NCBI RefSeq assembly: GCF_009914755.1 | Contig: NC_060934.1 | Reading direction: 5' to 3' (one strand) | Origin: the human T2T-CHM13v2.0 reference genome, Homo sapiens | Length of the DNA: 64,000 nucleotides | Part shown: piece by piece, positions 14,740 to 30,647 of the stretch | Layout: every line of letters begins with the position of its first letter | Numbering within the stretch: the stretch's first letter is position 1 | Position numbers and translations under genes: made by a program | The notes under the pieces: model-generated | What the model was told of the DNA's origin: nothing | Databases searched by the model: none | What the model saw: only the letters and a program-made list of their open reading frames with translations

Positions 14740-15250
14740 TTTCCAAGCTAACAACACATCAAAAAAATCATGCAAGAATACAGGATTTCATGAAACATTC
14801 TAAAGGGTGATGTTGGAAAAGTCCTATGGTTTCTGAAAAAGCTATTGAAAATGTGGATATCACTAAATTAGTCCACTACCAATTGAAGAAAAGAATGGCA
14901 GCAGGATGCTTCAAAACAGAATGACTTGAATAGGAAAGGCTTCAGGAAATGGGTGATATCTTGTAATATTTTTGTGAAAATGACTATTTTTATGATCATG
15001 CTATAGAATAAAACCTGAAGTGAAGGTATTGCTATTGTACTGTCATGTAATGTTGGCAGAAAATTGCACCAAAACCCCTGAAACTAATTCATTTATTGCT
15101 TGTTCTAAGAATTAGAGCACATTTACCATTATTTTCCAAATTTGGTCATATAAGATGAGATAAACTTATTTAGCTTTATTTAAAAAATTATTTTTATTAG
15201 TTTTTGTCATTTATTATGTTACCATTTACTAAAATTTTTAAGTTTTGTTT
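14740..15250 (+). mobile_element. Tigger-like (TcMar) DNA transposon relic
   Basis: AT-rich decayed sequence resembling the 3' part of Tigger transposase genes; no intact ORF or TIR identified. Confidence 0.4.
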
Positions 15251-15349
15251 AAAGAGGTTTCACTTTGAGTATGAGGATGGAAAAAAATCAATGAATAGGG
15301 AGGAGAGGAGGACAGTTATTACAGGTAAAACAGCACTCCACAATCTTAG

Positions 15350-15673
<324 letters not shown>

Positions 15674-15734
15674 TAATTTTTCTGGCACCAATTTTACTTG
15701 GATATGAGGGCAGTATGTTTAACATTTGATCTTA

Positions 15735-16408
15735 ACAATAACAGTTACCCTTTATTGCATACAATTTACCAGACACACTTTGCGTATATGACTTCATTTG
15801 ATTCTCACAACCTCTCTAGGAGACAAGTAGTATTTTTAGTACCATTGCAGTGAAGGAAACTGAAGATAAATAGTAACCTTTAAGGGAGGAGACTACCCCT
15901 CATATTGTCTTATGCCCAGTTTCTGCCTCCAAAGAAAGAAGAAGTAAAAATTAAAGGCAGAAATGAAATCCACAGGCAGTCAGCCCGGCGCCGCACCCTG
16001 GGCCTAGTTAAAGATCAACCCCTGACCTAACCGGTTATGTTATCTATAGATTCCAGACATTGTATGGAAAAGCATTGTGAAAATCCCTGTCCTGTTCTGT
16101 TCTGTTCTGTTCTGATTACCGGTGCATGCAGCCCCCAGTCACGTATCCCCTGCTTGCTCAATCGATCATGACCCTCTCACGCGGACCCCCTTAGAGTTGC
16201 AAGCCCTTAAAAGGGACAGGAATTACTCACTCGGGGAGCTCCATTTTTGGAGACCTGAGTCTTGCTGAAGCTCCCGGCCGAATAAAGCCCTTCCTTCTTT
16301 AACTTGGTGTCTGAGGGATTTTGTCTGCGGCTTGTCCAGCTACGCCTTGATCCTTACAGCTGGTAAATGGAAGAGCCAAGATGGGAATCCAAGTCTGGCT
16401 CCAAAGAA
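15735..16408 (-). mobile_element. MIR split by LTR2
   Basis: atttgattctcacaac...ggaaactgaag [LTR2] acagctggtaaatgg...tctggctccaaag. Confidence 0.7.
15881..16344 (+). mobile_element. ERV1 solo LTR, LTR2 family (HERV-E/Harlequin)
   Basis: taagggaggagactacccctcatattgtcttatgccc...gcccttaaaagggacagg...AATAAA(16281)...ccagctacg; 464 bp; perfect 4-bp TSD CCTT. Confidence 0.9.
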
Positions 16409-16418
16409 AGGGTCTTCC

Positions 16419-17300
<882 letters not shown>

Positions 17301-17531
17301 TTATTTTCTTACTTTTTTAAACACATTTTTGTTGTGCTCCCATTGTGTTTAAGGTGGTAGCACCTGAGGCTTAGAGCTAAGGAGGGACACAGACACCAAG
17401 CAAGGAAACAGATACAAAATTTTATTTGTATTATTTTATATAGTATATAAATATGTATTGCTTATGATATAAATATAACTCTATTTGTCCTCATAATACC
17501 ATTAAGTAAAAGCTTTTTTTTAAAAAAAATT

Positions 17532-17829
<298 letters not shown>

Positions 17830-18414
17830 TTGTACCAAAGAAGACATTGTGATGTCAAAGAGAACCAGACAGGTTTCAGGTTTTCCCTCTCAAGTCAACT
17901 ATGTATGACCTTGAGGGAAGGGGTGTCCCTTACTACCTCTGGGCTTTGGAGTCCTCTTCTTAAAATCCTAGGTATTGACTAAATGAGTGTTTTTCCAATC
18001 TTCTTTGAGCAATGGAACCTTTACGTCCCCTGCATGAACTCTTGCCCTGAATTCTAATATATAAAACAGCTAACAGGCGAGCTTCCCTGGGTGAAATAGG
18101 GGAGAGCCATTAGGTCCTGCCTGCTCTCACTCTCTGACCCTAACTTTCACGTTCACGTCTCACCCTCTAGGGCAGTCACTGAGACACTTCTCTAGAACCT
18201 AGGTCTCCATGGACCAGTCAAAACCACTGGATTAGATAACGTCTGATGTTCTTCTAAGCATCACCAAACCATGAAGGACCTGGGTGAGTAATGCCTCAGT
18301 TTCCCCAGTGGGGTTGGAGCTCTATGTACGTTTCTCTGTGTGTGTTAATTTATCTTTCAATGGAGGTATGACATGCCAGAGCTGAAATACTCTATTCCAA
18401 TCTCCCTTTTTAGA

Positions 18415-18890
18415 CAGCCCTCCTTCAGTTGCAAGTGACAGAACCCAATTCAAACTTGTTTGTGCATAACAGAGAAGTTATTAGTACATTTAACTAGGAA
18501 GTCCCTCCATATAACCGGCTTCTGGCCATGAGTTCAAGCAGTACCATCATGCTGGTCCTTTCCCCTTCTCCATTCCACCACGGTCTGCACGGCTTTCTTC
18601 TCTGGCAGACGTTCCTCATGTCATGGCCAACAACCAGCCCCAGGCTTACATCCCACAGCCCAACAACCTCACTGGAAAGAGAGGGCCTCTTCCTTGGTAG
18701 TTCCTATAAAAGTCCTGCACGCCCACCTTCACTGGCCAGGTGTAGATCATGTGCTCATCTCTGAAACAGTTACCATGGCTGGGGGAATTCGGAAACTTAA
18801 TCGGCCATCTTCAGCTGCCTAAGCCATATGGGGCAGGAGGATTCCTCAAGAAACATTGAGGTGCTGATATCAAAAGAATGGGAAATAGTC
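18415..18890 (-). mobile_element. MaLR solo LTR (old MLT1J/K-like)
   Basis: cagttgcaagtgacagaaccc...aggcttacatcc...gatcatgtgctcatctctgaa. Confidence 0.7.
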
Positions 18891-18911
18891 TCAAAAGATG
18901 AACACTCTACT

Positions 18912-19045
18912 TAGAGTGACCATATAACTTATCCAGACCAGAATAGTTTAGAGAGTAAAAAGGGGCGCCATTAACCCTTACAGTGGAATGAACACATGTA
19001 AACTAGTAAACTGTTCTGGGCAACCTGGAACATGTGGTCATCCTA
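18912..19045. mobile_element. MER94-like non-autonomous hAT-Blackjack element
   Basis: 134 bp with TIRs tagagtgaccat / atgtggtcatccta and internal gagagtaaaaaggggcgc. Confidence 0.8.
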
Positions 19046-19367
19046 TTTCCCTCAGAGAAGCTAAAGACTTTGCCAAGGTTCTCAAGCTAATGAGTGAGAG
19101 AAACGGGTGTAGAACCAATTCCAGTACTTTCTATCAAAAGATCATTGTCAGCCATGAGAAACTTGTTTCTGTAGTAGACTTGTCTCACAGAATAGGGTAT
19201 GAGAGTAGATTTTATGGAAAAGTCGGAACTTTAATGAAATTAGGCCAAGTGAGGAATCCTTTGTAGGGTCATGTCAGTGACCATCTGTAACAACTTTCCA
19301 TCATTGACATGTCTGGATTGCCTGTGTTAAAATATTTTGGGTGCACAGATGTATTTACCCCCAAATG

Positions 19368-19480
19368 GTATGGTATTATCAGTGGTTAAAGAGTGTGGGT
19401 TTGAACCCAGCTCTACCACTTAGGAGCTGTGTGACTTTGGGCAAATTACTTAACCATTCTGAATCTGTTTCTTTGTCAGT
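19368..19480 (+). mobile_element. MIR 5' half
   Basis: agtggttaaagag...gctgtgtgactttgggcaaattacttaacc. Confidence 0.8.
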
Positions 19481-21173
19481 GTCAGGTCCTGCCCGGTCTG
19501 CAGCCGCCCACCTGCCCAGGCGTTTCCCTGCATCCTGCCCTTCTGTGGCCTGGTCAGCTTGTTGCAGTCCTGGCCCTACCTCTAATCAACTGGCGAGTGG
19601 TCAGCTTGTGTGTGTGGCCTCAACACTATATTGAAAAGTGTTAGTAAGTAAACCATAGGGATTTTATAGCATCTCTAGGGAATGTTAAACTGCAGGGAGG
19701 AAAAACTGTGAAAAGGATAGTCCAAAATGCAATTAAAAAAAAAAATCAAGTCATGCCATTACCAAGTCTCAGTAGCTCACAGTGCTAAAATTCCAAGTCA
19801 AAAAGAAAAAAAAAAAACCCAAATATTTTAGTGGATGTCTTTAGCCTCAGACACCTGGTTTGGAAACATACCACCACCTGTGCTGCATTAAACCTGCGAA
19901 AAACCCAGGAAGGAAATACAGTGTATGAGGCCAGAAAAGGGTGGGCTCCTGGATCCCTTAGGTCAAACAGCAGGCTGTAAATGACTCTTTTCAAAACAGA
20001 CACATTACTTCCCAAGATTGCGGCCTGCCACAAAAGAAGGTACACACAGCGGTTGTTCCCAGCAAGGGTTATACTATATGGCTATTAGGGGGAATAGAAG
20101 CAGCTTGATTCTCGCCAATGACAGGAAATAAGGTCAAGTAAAGATAACAGGTCTTTGAATTAAAGAGGCTTTAAACACACATCCTGGCCTCATGGCTTTA
20201 GCAGCGAGTAAGAATTATGGAATGAAGCCTCGGGTTTTCTTACTCCCTTGAAGCTGGGCTCCTGAAACATACCCTCTCCCGGATTAATGTGAAGGAGTCC
20301 TGTGTGGGGAAGGCACCGGCTTCCTCATTCATGTCTTTGGCTTGTTTATGTTCTTTCTAAATAGACCTCGCTGCTGCATTGCTAGTGAGATCTGGGCTGG
20401 GATCGTTTCACTAGATAAAAGTCTCACATATAGCACATTTGATGGTCTCGGTGGTAAATACCTTTAGATTTAGAGGTCAAGATTGCACGACTTTTGTCTA
20501 GGTAATGGAGAAGGGAGCTCGCAGACCCCAGCCATCATGGATCAGTATATTTCTATTTTGCCTTATTGTTCAAGGACAAGGTATCCAAACAGGCTTGACT
20601 TAATTCAATGAGACGGAATATCAGTTCAGTTCAGGGAAAATGTAGAAAACCCCAAACATCAAAAGGTTGTTTGTCATGTGGAGAAACACCTGGTTGTGAG
20701 CATGGAATCCCTGCCCTAATGTGTAGACTGCATTTATTAGATACCCACCGAATTCTCCTGCTCTTGGGTAGGGAGGAGGGTGCAGGACGGGAATAGGGAA
20801 TGGAAGGGGGTGGAAACTTAAGTCAAGCAACCCATTATAACATTAAAAAAACCAATCTGGTTTATTTGGCTAGCCCACTGGCTCTTCTACAAATAATCCA
20901 CTGGTTGAGCAAACTCAACTTTTCTTTGGATTCTTGTTGGCATTGGTTCTAGTACATGTGACTGTAGATCTGGGTTAACTCTCTTCCCTCATAACAACTA
21001 AAGAAAGTGCACACATTTTTCATGCTTTTAAAGCTTTTCTTTTCTGATAATTACATAGAAAAAAGACCTTGATTTTGACAGCTAAGTCTGGTTACAATCC
21101 TACTTCATGGGGGTTGTTAGAAGATTAGCCTGAAGTGTGGCACAGAGTGAGAAAATGTTCTGGAGATAATAGC

Positions 21174-21485
21174 TTTTTTTTTTGTAATTTTTTTTTTTAA
21201 TTTTTACTTTTTTTTGAGAGTGAGTCTCACTGTCGCTCAGGCTGGAGTGTAGTGGCACAATCTTGGTTCTCTGCAACCTCCCGCCTCCTAGGCTCAAGCA
21301 ATTCTCCTGCTTCAGCCTCCCAAGAAGCTGAGATTATAAGCACCCACCACCACGCTCAGTTAATTTTTGTATTTTAGTAGAGACCGTGCTGGTCAGGCTG
21401 GTCTCAAACTCCTGACCTCAAATGATCCACCTGCCTCGGCCTCCCAAAGTGCTGGGATTACAGGCGTGAGCCACCGCGTCCAGCC
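21174..21485 (-). mobile_element. Alu (AluS-type) with small internal deletion
   Basis: Antisense dimer; TSD gagataatagcttt. Confidence 0.95.
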
Positions 21486-21739
21486 AAGAGATAATAGCTT
21501 TTCATTGCATGGTCTCTATATCTTGTAGCTCACGTATGCCCTCATCAGCTTCATGGAGAGTCTACAAATTTATAAAATATTAATATTATGTTTATTATGT
21601 AGGGAACAGTTTGAAGCCCTGCTGACTTTCCTTGCTGTTGTTTGATTTTAAATAGATCTTTGGTTCCTTGGTTTTTATCTGAATTAAAAGCACAATTCTA
21701 GGTTCTTACAGTTCTTCAGTATTTAAAGATTGTTAGTAT

Positions 21740-22075
21740 GTAGAGAATAACTTTTTCTCTTTCCACAAAGCTACCCATGTTCATCGTTTAAAAAAAGTAG
21801 ATGAATACTTGCAAAAAGAATATAACTGGTAACTCTACCTCTCAAAGATTATCACTGTCCACATTTTGGTGAATTATTATTGCACATGTTTTGTAACTTT
21901 TCACCTAATTATATATCAAATGTCTTTTCACATCATTAACTGGCCTTCAATGTCATGTTTAATGGCAACAGAGAATTCTATCCACAGGCACCTCATTTAT
22001 TTAAGTAATCCTCTATTATGGACATGCAGACTGTTTCCAATTTTTCCACTATCAAATAACATCATTGTTAAATAA
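21740..22075 (-). mobile_element. Old L1 (L1ME-like) 3' fragment
   Basis: ttaatggcaacagagaattctat...ttatggacatgcagactgtttccaatttttccactat. Confidence 0.6.
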
Positions 22076-23080
22076 ACTCCAAATCACCAGATCCCAAGAT
22101 GTGGTTTCCAGTTTCTGGGTCTTCATGTCATATCTACTCAAACTTGTAGGTTTTTCTGAAAGTTAGAAATTCCCTGCATCTCAAACTAGCACCAAGGATA
22201 CCCCTTCAAAATGTTGAGATGTGAAATTCCCCTCTTGTTCCCAGCAAGAAGAGGCAAAATTGGGGTCATTTTCATGACAGCCATTACTGTGTATGAGGTT
22301 CTCCAGTAAGGCACCTCCCCTTCACATTTTCACCTCATCGCAGGCCATTTCCTCACTGCAGCAGCAACCTCACCTTTCATGGGGATGTCCAAATGTGTCA
22401 TCCCAATAGACTGTCCCTAAGACAAGGAAAAAGTTCACACACATGTGCTCTGTGCAACACTCTAGTGCCTTCAGACAATGTCTCACTTTCTGTTCTAGGG
22501 GAGAATTGACTGGGTGAGGTCTTTTCCTCTTTAACTGGACTTGGACTCATTTGAAAGATGTAGACATGACTTCATGGGCAGGTGAAGACAGGTTATTTTT
22601 CCAGAAGTGGGGGCTTCAAAGGGATTGGGAAGTATGAGATGAACTGCCCAATAAAGAGAAATGGCTCAGGAGAACACAGGAGGGGTTCATGGGAAACCCT
22701 GGTCAGCTTCCCAAGCCTAGTTATGACCTGCTAATCCTGGGCAAAACTGCCAGGTGAGTAAGGGCTATCTTCTGTGCTTCTCCTTGCCTTCTTGCTGCCG
22801 CAAGCACTTAGGAGCATCATGGACTTCGTGGGGACCTAGGGCTCTCACTGAGCCAGCTCTTCAGGCCAACTTTTAGAGTAGCCCCTCAATATTGGTTAGA
22901 AATAGGCCAGTCCCCTGTCCTAGAGGAGGAGAATATTTGTCTTTCTTTTGGCACACAGAGGTCTGTAGGGACACAAAAGTCACTGTGGTGATAAGACACC
23001 TTCTTGTGGGTGAAGCTGGTATTTGAAGAAGATTTGGGTAAGGACTATCTAGAGGAATCACCAGGAGAGTTGCCAGATAA

Positions 23081-23389
<309 letters not shown>

Positions 23390-23391
23390 AA

Positions 23392-23680
23392 TTTTTTTTT
23401 TTTTTCTTTTTTTGAGACAGAGTCTTGCTCTGTCACCCAGGCTGGAGCGCAGTGGCATGATCATAGCTTACTGCAACCGCCACCTCCTGGACTCAAGTGA
23501 TTCTCCCATCTCAGCCTCCCATGTAGCTGGGACTACAGGCAAATGCCACTGCATCCAGCTAATTTTTAAATAATTTTGGTAGATGGAGGTTTGCTATGGT
23601 TCCCAGGCCGGGCTCAAAGTCCTGGGCTCAAGTGATCTACCTGTCTTAGCCTCCCAAAGTGCTGGGATTAGTACCTGGCC
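23392..23680 (-). mobile_element. Alu (AluJ-like)
   Basis: atcatagcttactgc, cctgggctcaagtgatc. Confidence 0.94.
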
Positions 23681-24209
23681 CACCCAGTTAAATTTAAATG
23701 TCAGATAACACTTTTTTTTTTAAGTATAAGTATGTCCCATGCAAACAAAAAACCTTGAGTATACAGTGTCTTATATGTATTATTTCCCCCAATCTTTTGC
23801 AACTGTTTGTTTCTCTCATACCAGGAACAAGCCCATCTTACTTTTGAAGAGCGCAGAGCTCACTTATGAGGACAGGATGCACGAGTCTACTCAGGAGAGG
23901 CCAGCTAGGCTGAGGTGTTCAGCTCACTGTGATCATTAGATGGCACGACTTGCAGAACTAATGATCAGTGGTCAACCAGTGAGTTTGTTAAGTGGAGCCT
24001 ATAAAGAGAGTGGCTGTTGTGCCAAGTTCACAGTGCCAGGCACTGGAAGTGGCCAATAAACATTAGTATGATGATGATTATTATTAACTAATCTGTTGTT
24101 TGATGCTTAATTTGTTTACAGTTAATTTTATGAATAACACTGTGATCAATATCTTTATAGTTTAATCTTTGGATAAATCCTTGGTGATTTCCTTAGAATA
24201 TTTTTCTAA

Positions 24210-24383
<174 letters not shown>

Positions 24384-25159
24384 TGAAATTCTCCTTGAGC
24401 TTTTTTTTATCCATATGAGTACTGCAGTTTATGGCCCCAAATCTCTCTATGTGGCCAAATTTGTGTTATAAAGTCTCAGGGAAATTTTACTGAGACTTTA
24501 TACTGTTTTTGCTATTTTTACCTCTACTATTTTCTTTGCTGTCTGAAATTGCTGGGTGGGTTTTCTTCTAGTTCATCTTTTTCTCAGGGCATACTCTACT
24601 TGAATCTTGGCCCTATACAGTGTGGTCTGGCTCTTCACTCCATATGAGATACCTGAAGATCCATAGATGTCCCCGGGTGTGCAGTGGTGGCAATAGTTAA
24701 TTTAGCTCTGATCTCCTGCTTCAATCCTGGCCTCAAGTGGTGAAGTACTCTTATTTTCTCAGAAGCTTGTTTGCTTATTTAAGGAAGGTTTTTGTCTAAC
24801 ATTTTAAACTTTCCTTGTAGTCACTGAGACATAGGCTAGGATTGGCTGAGCTCAGAGCCTTTCCTCTTAGAACCATTTCCTAGGGAGGGAAACAAATTAG
24901 TGAGAATTTGCTACTGGAATGGATCTGAATCCTAATATTGCTCATTGTAGCTATTAGGCTAGCACTGAGCCTGTTTCCTCTTCTGTAGAGTGAGAGTTGC
25001 TACTACTGAGTGCTAAGCACTCAAGAGACAGTGTCCTTACCTTTCAGAACACATGCGAAAAAGAGTCAGAAAAGGGGTTTCCACAGTGTCCTAAGTAACA
25101 AGAAAAAAATCATCCTTAATCCATATTGCCAATAAGTCCATGTGGATCCATTTTGCTAG

Positions 25160-25474
<315 letters not shown>

Positions 25475-26664
25475 AGATGGATGTTTTTATAGCTTGGCTT
25501 ACATTGGAAAAGACAGACCAGTAATTTCTGTGAGCCCACCACTCTTCTTCCTCAGAAAAGGAAGCTTGCCAAGTTTTCTCTTTAGCTCTCATTCCTCGAA
25601 TGGAGGCTGCTGTCCAGTAGATTATCCAGCTATGAGGAGGCCAGAGTCGTTCACATAAGGCTTCACTTAGCTATAAAATCCTAACAATCTTAAAATATCT
25701 TAAAGTTGGGGAACTTGCTTTTTCAAAACTCAATCCTGTTTGAGTATATAAGCCACAAGAAATAAACAACAAACAAAACAAACATCTTCCCACCCTGGAA
25801 AAAAGCCATAGCTCATTGTTGGATGAACAAATGGATCCAACTCTGCTCTCAAAGACAACTCACACTCACTTTAAAACTGTCAGGAATAATCTTTCATGAC
25901 TTCAGAGTTAGGTTCCAGACTCCATTCCAACTCCAACCATGGAAGCAGGATTCCTGGACAGGTCAGTTTGAAGTAGCTTGTGCATGCAGTGGCTGGCTAG
26001 GAGGGGCGTGGGGGTGCAGTTTGGACACGTGTGGGCAATATGGGAATACGGTAAATATGAATGAGCTGGGGTGACTGGTGCTCTTGCAAAGAACTTGTTG
26101 TGCCCCACGTATGGAAGATAGCATCCAAGAAGGACTCCTGCTGAGTTGGAGCCTATGAAATGGCTCTGCCTCACCCTGCCCTACTCTGAGGGTAAGAAAG
26201 TTTGCTTACTGAGGAGAGTGAATCGGACACGGATGCTGCAGGCCGTGGGCTTGCCCTGGCTTGCCCGTCTTCCTGGCAAGACAAGCAGTTATTAGAGGCT
26301 GGTGATGACTCCCTGTGTCTGGGGACAAGCTGTCTGCATTTCTAGGAGATGGCTCCTTCCTAAGGGGAAAGAAAAGTTGCCAGGCTGTGGAAGGGTCCAA
26401 TTATTGGCGGCTCTATTTTATAGAATGATTGTCTTTGAGTGAAGTATGTGTTATAAAATCAAACTTGGCATTTTTAATTAACATAAAAGAATCTCAGTCC
26501 TTACATGCTATGTACATGTATAAAAAAGGGAAATTCTTTATACACTTCTCAGGAAATGGCTTTCAGAGCCGCCTTGCCGCTCTGAGAATCTCCTTGGACA
26601 ATGTCCCAAGGGCAATTGCAAACATATTTCATAAGTGGGTTTGTCTAATTCTTTTGTCTGTTGA

Positions 26665-27055
<391 letters not shown>

Positions 27056-27329
27056 TAATATCCTTGTAATCAGCTCTGAGGGGTCGAATGGGCTGTGGAC
27101 ATCTTACTAGGGCCAAATACCTGTGGCAGAAGAATTTCGCAAGAGCTTCTGGAATATGGCTTAGCATCACAAGCAGGAAAGCTGGTAACCATATTCCAGG
27201 GTCTCAGAGTGGATCTGTGCTCGGTGGCTAATGAGTCAGAGGACCATCCTGACCTTGACCTTTGAGCTAATGCCACTGAACTAGCACTATAACTGCAACA
27301 GCAAGCAACTCTGGATCTCGGAAACCCAT

Positions 27330-27490
27330 TTGACTTCTAATCTTAGTTCTGCTATGTATACATTGTGAAATCTAATCAACCTCTCTGAGTCTTATAAAAA
27401 TGAGGAAATAACCCCTTCCTTACAGGGTTGTGGGAAAGCAATAGAAGGCAATAATGTGTACAGAGTGCCAAATTCAAAATTTGCCAAGTG
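27330..27490 (+). mobile_element. MIR (degenerate)
   Basis: aacctctctgagtc...aaaatgagg...cttacagggttgtg. Confidence 0.6.
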
Positions 27491-28260
27491 GACAGTCAAG
27501 GATGATACGTGTTCCAGCCACTTCCACCTCTGGAAGTCTACCCCTTTGAAAAAAAAAGCACAGTTAGAAAGGCTTCAAGTTCTGTTTTATTTATTTATTT
27601 ATTTTTTGCTTTAGGTAGGCACAGAGAACAACTTGATCCTCTTGAAGTAGATGATTCCCAAATGCACATTCTAAACTTTAGACATCTTCCAGGCTTCAGG
27701 CTTATGTGGAATATTTACAAATGGTGGTTTTATCACGTTAACATGTGTAAACATAAAACTCATCTCTTTCTTCATCACCCCACCTCAACAAACACACACA
27801 TCCCAAACAATCAACAAACCTGTTCTTCCTTTCAGGATTCCCTGTTCTGTTAGTGACAACACCATTGTTCAAGATGCCCAGACTCTTTGACTTCCATTCT
27901 CACCCAGTCAGCCCCTAAATCCAGCTAAAGTCTTTTTCCTTCTTCTTCCCTCCCCACCCCTGCTCTGGCCTCTTGCCTTCCAGCCTTTCTTCCATTCATG
28001 CCATTCCCAGTACCAGCAGTTCAGATGCAATGAGAAATGTCTGTGAACTGTTCAGGTCTTCTCATTCCATTCCAGATTATAAACTCAAAGCCTCCTCTGA
28101 CTCTGGAATTGGCATGGCCTCTCCCATCCATCCTGCCATTGTTCCCCCCGCCACCTCCATTCAATTGCATTCACAGATTCGTTTATACCACTTTTGGGCT
28201 CAGGCTCTATATGGACTATGAGAAAGATTCCTTAGTTCAGTCTGCCCCAACTTTCCATTC

Positions 28261-28551
28261 TTTTTTTTTTGAGATTGATTTTCACTCTTTTGCCCAGGCT
28301 GGATTGCAGTGGCTGATCTCACCTCACTGCAACCTCTGCTTCCCAGATTTAAGCAATTCTCTTCTCTCAGCCTCCTGAGTAGCTGGGATTAGAGGCACCC
28401 ACGACCATGCCTGGCTAATTTTTGTATTTCTAATAGAGATGGGGTTTCAACATGTTGGCCAGGCTGGTCTCAAACTCCTGAACTCAGGTGATCCACCGGC
28501 CTTGGCCTCCCAAAGTGATAGGATTACAGGCATGAGCCACCACACCCAGCC
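28261..28551 (-). mobile_element. Alu (AluS-type)
   Basis: Antisense dimer; TSD cccaact(t/c)tccattc. Confidence 0.96.
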
Positions 28552-28899
28552 CCAACTCTCCATTCTGACCCAATTTCTCCCTTTCTGCTCCAGCCATATG
28601 CACCATTTACTCCAATTGTCATTCCCTTCCCCAGCCACATTCTTTCATCTACTCATCTACTTACCTCATTCGGTCGTTCCCATGTTGCCTAAGAGGCCTT
28701 CTAAACTCTTTCTTTATCAGTTGATTGGAACCATGATCCTTTTTGACATTTGAATGCTTCCATCAATCTGCATTTTCTCATTCTATTCTTGGGGCCACCA
28801 TATTAGAATCAAATGAGACACGATTTCTGAGATGCCCCCAATAACCACTATGCCACCCTAGGAGGTAACACAGATTAGAAGTTAAGGATTTGTTTCTCT

Positions 28900-29110
28900 T
28901 GTGTTAGATGAATCTGGGTCCAAATCCCAGCTCTATCATTTACTAGTTGCATGACCTTGGCAATTTCTCTCGCCTCTCTCCCCCTCTGTTCTCTCATCTA
29001 TAAAACTGAATAATAATGCCTACTTCACATGGTTGTTATGCACTAAGGGGATAATGCATGGTGAAGCTCTTAGTATAGTGGCTGGCACCCAATAAGTGTT
29101 CAATAAATGA
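28900..29110 (+). mobile_element. MIR
   Basis: aatcccagctct...tgaccttgg...ctcatctataaaa...tcaataaatg. Confidence 0.85.
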
Positions 29111-29529
29111 TTGTGCCTGTCTTTTCATTCTTGCTTTGCATAACTTTCTATGGCTACTAAGTAATGAAGACTGACTGTGATATTTAATTGCTTGTTCTAG
29201 GGCTGTGTAACCTTTAAAATGTGAGTGTCAATGGTTAAAAGACTGCAAATGGAAGTCTGAAAAAAGGAAGTAATAGTTGACTGGGTTGTAAGATTTTCAG
29301 GGGCAGGGATAATGTTACCTTCATCTTTACATCTTCAGTCCTAGACTGGGAATGTAGTAAACACTCAAAAATATATGTTTCAGTCAAGTAAATGTTGAGT
29401 TGCAAAAACTTCATTGCTATGACTTCCAGTCAGTTTTCATCTCTGTCTCCATATTTCTTACAGTTGTCAAAGCAAACTTCCAGAATGCTGGGATTCACTC
29501 ATTCCCTGCCATTAAAAAAAGAATGTATG

Positions 29530-29923
<394 letters not shown>

Positions 29924-30628
29924 CTAGTCTAGCTTCACTGGATTTAGTGTGTGTTCTTCTTCCTATCTTCCCACTGTAGACCTTTTGGGTTTGGGTCTGT
30001 CCTTAGATTTGTCCGTGGATTATAACCACACCAGAAGAGGCTTCCTGGAAGGAGAGCCACCTGCATTTGACCCGGGGTTGAATCCTCAGGAATCCAGCTT
30101 TCACAGTACGTTGGAAGAGATCATGAAGGAGAGACCCATTAGGTTTTCAGATTTCTGATGAGCCATTGCCATTTTCTTGAAAATCGACTGCCTTTATTTC
30201 TGGGCCATTACATTGGATTTGTCACAAAGTAGTTCATGTACTATATAAGTTCCTAGTGTAGATGTACAGACGAACATTCAAGGTGCTTGTTTTGTTGGCA
30301 CTCCTTAGGTTCTGAGCTTTAAAAATAGAAATTTAATGTATAAATTTAAATTCAATTCAACACATTATCGAGTGTTTATTATGTGTCAGGTACCATGTTG
30401 GGCACCATTTCTAGGAGCACTGAGACACTTACATGGTTACCAGGGTGATAAGTGAATAGTAGGTTGGGTTTTTCTTCCCCCTTATCTCCTTTTTTCCTTT
30501 CCCTCTCCATGCTTTGCGGTATAGAAAAAGACTTTCTAAGAAGAACCATGCGTCTGAGTTATGGCCACTCTGAGCTATAAAAGCATTGTCTGTATTGTAG
30601 ATGTTTACTGTGGCGTGCAGGAAAGATC

Positions 30629-30647
30629 TGGTGCCCCCTAGGGGTCT
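30629..30647 (-). promoter_or_regulatory. Candidate CTCF motif
   Basis: Minus strand reads ACCCCTAGGGGGCACCA, one core mismatch. Confidence 0.35.

Noticed and set aside
26397-26423. CArG-like CCAATTATTGG and MEF2-like CTATTTTATAG
   Set aside because: Each has one A/T base too many for the canonical consensus.
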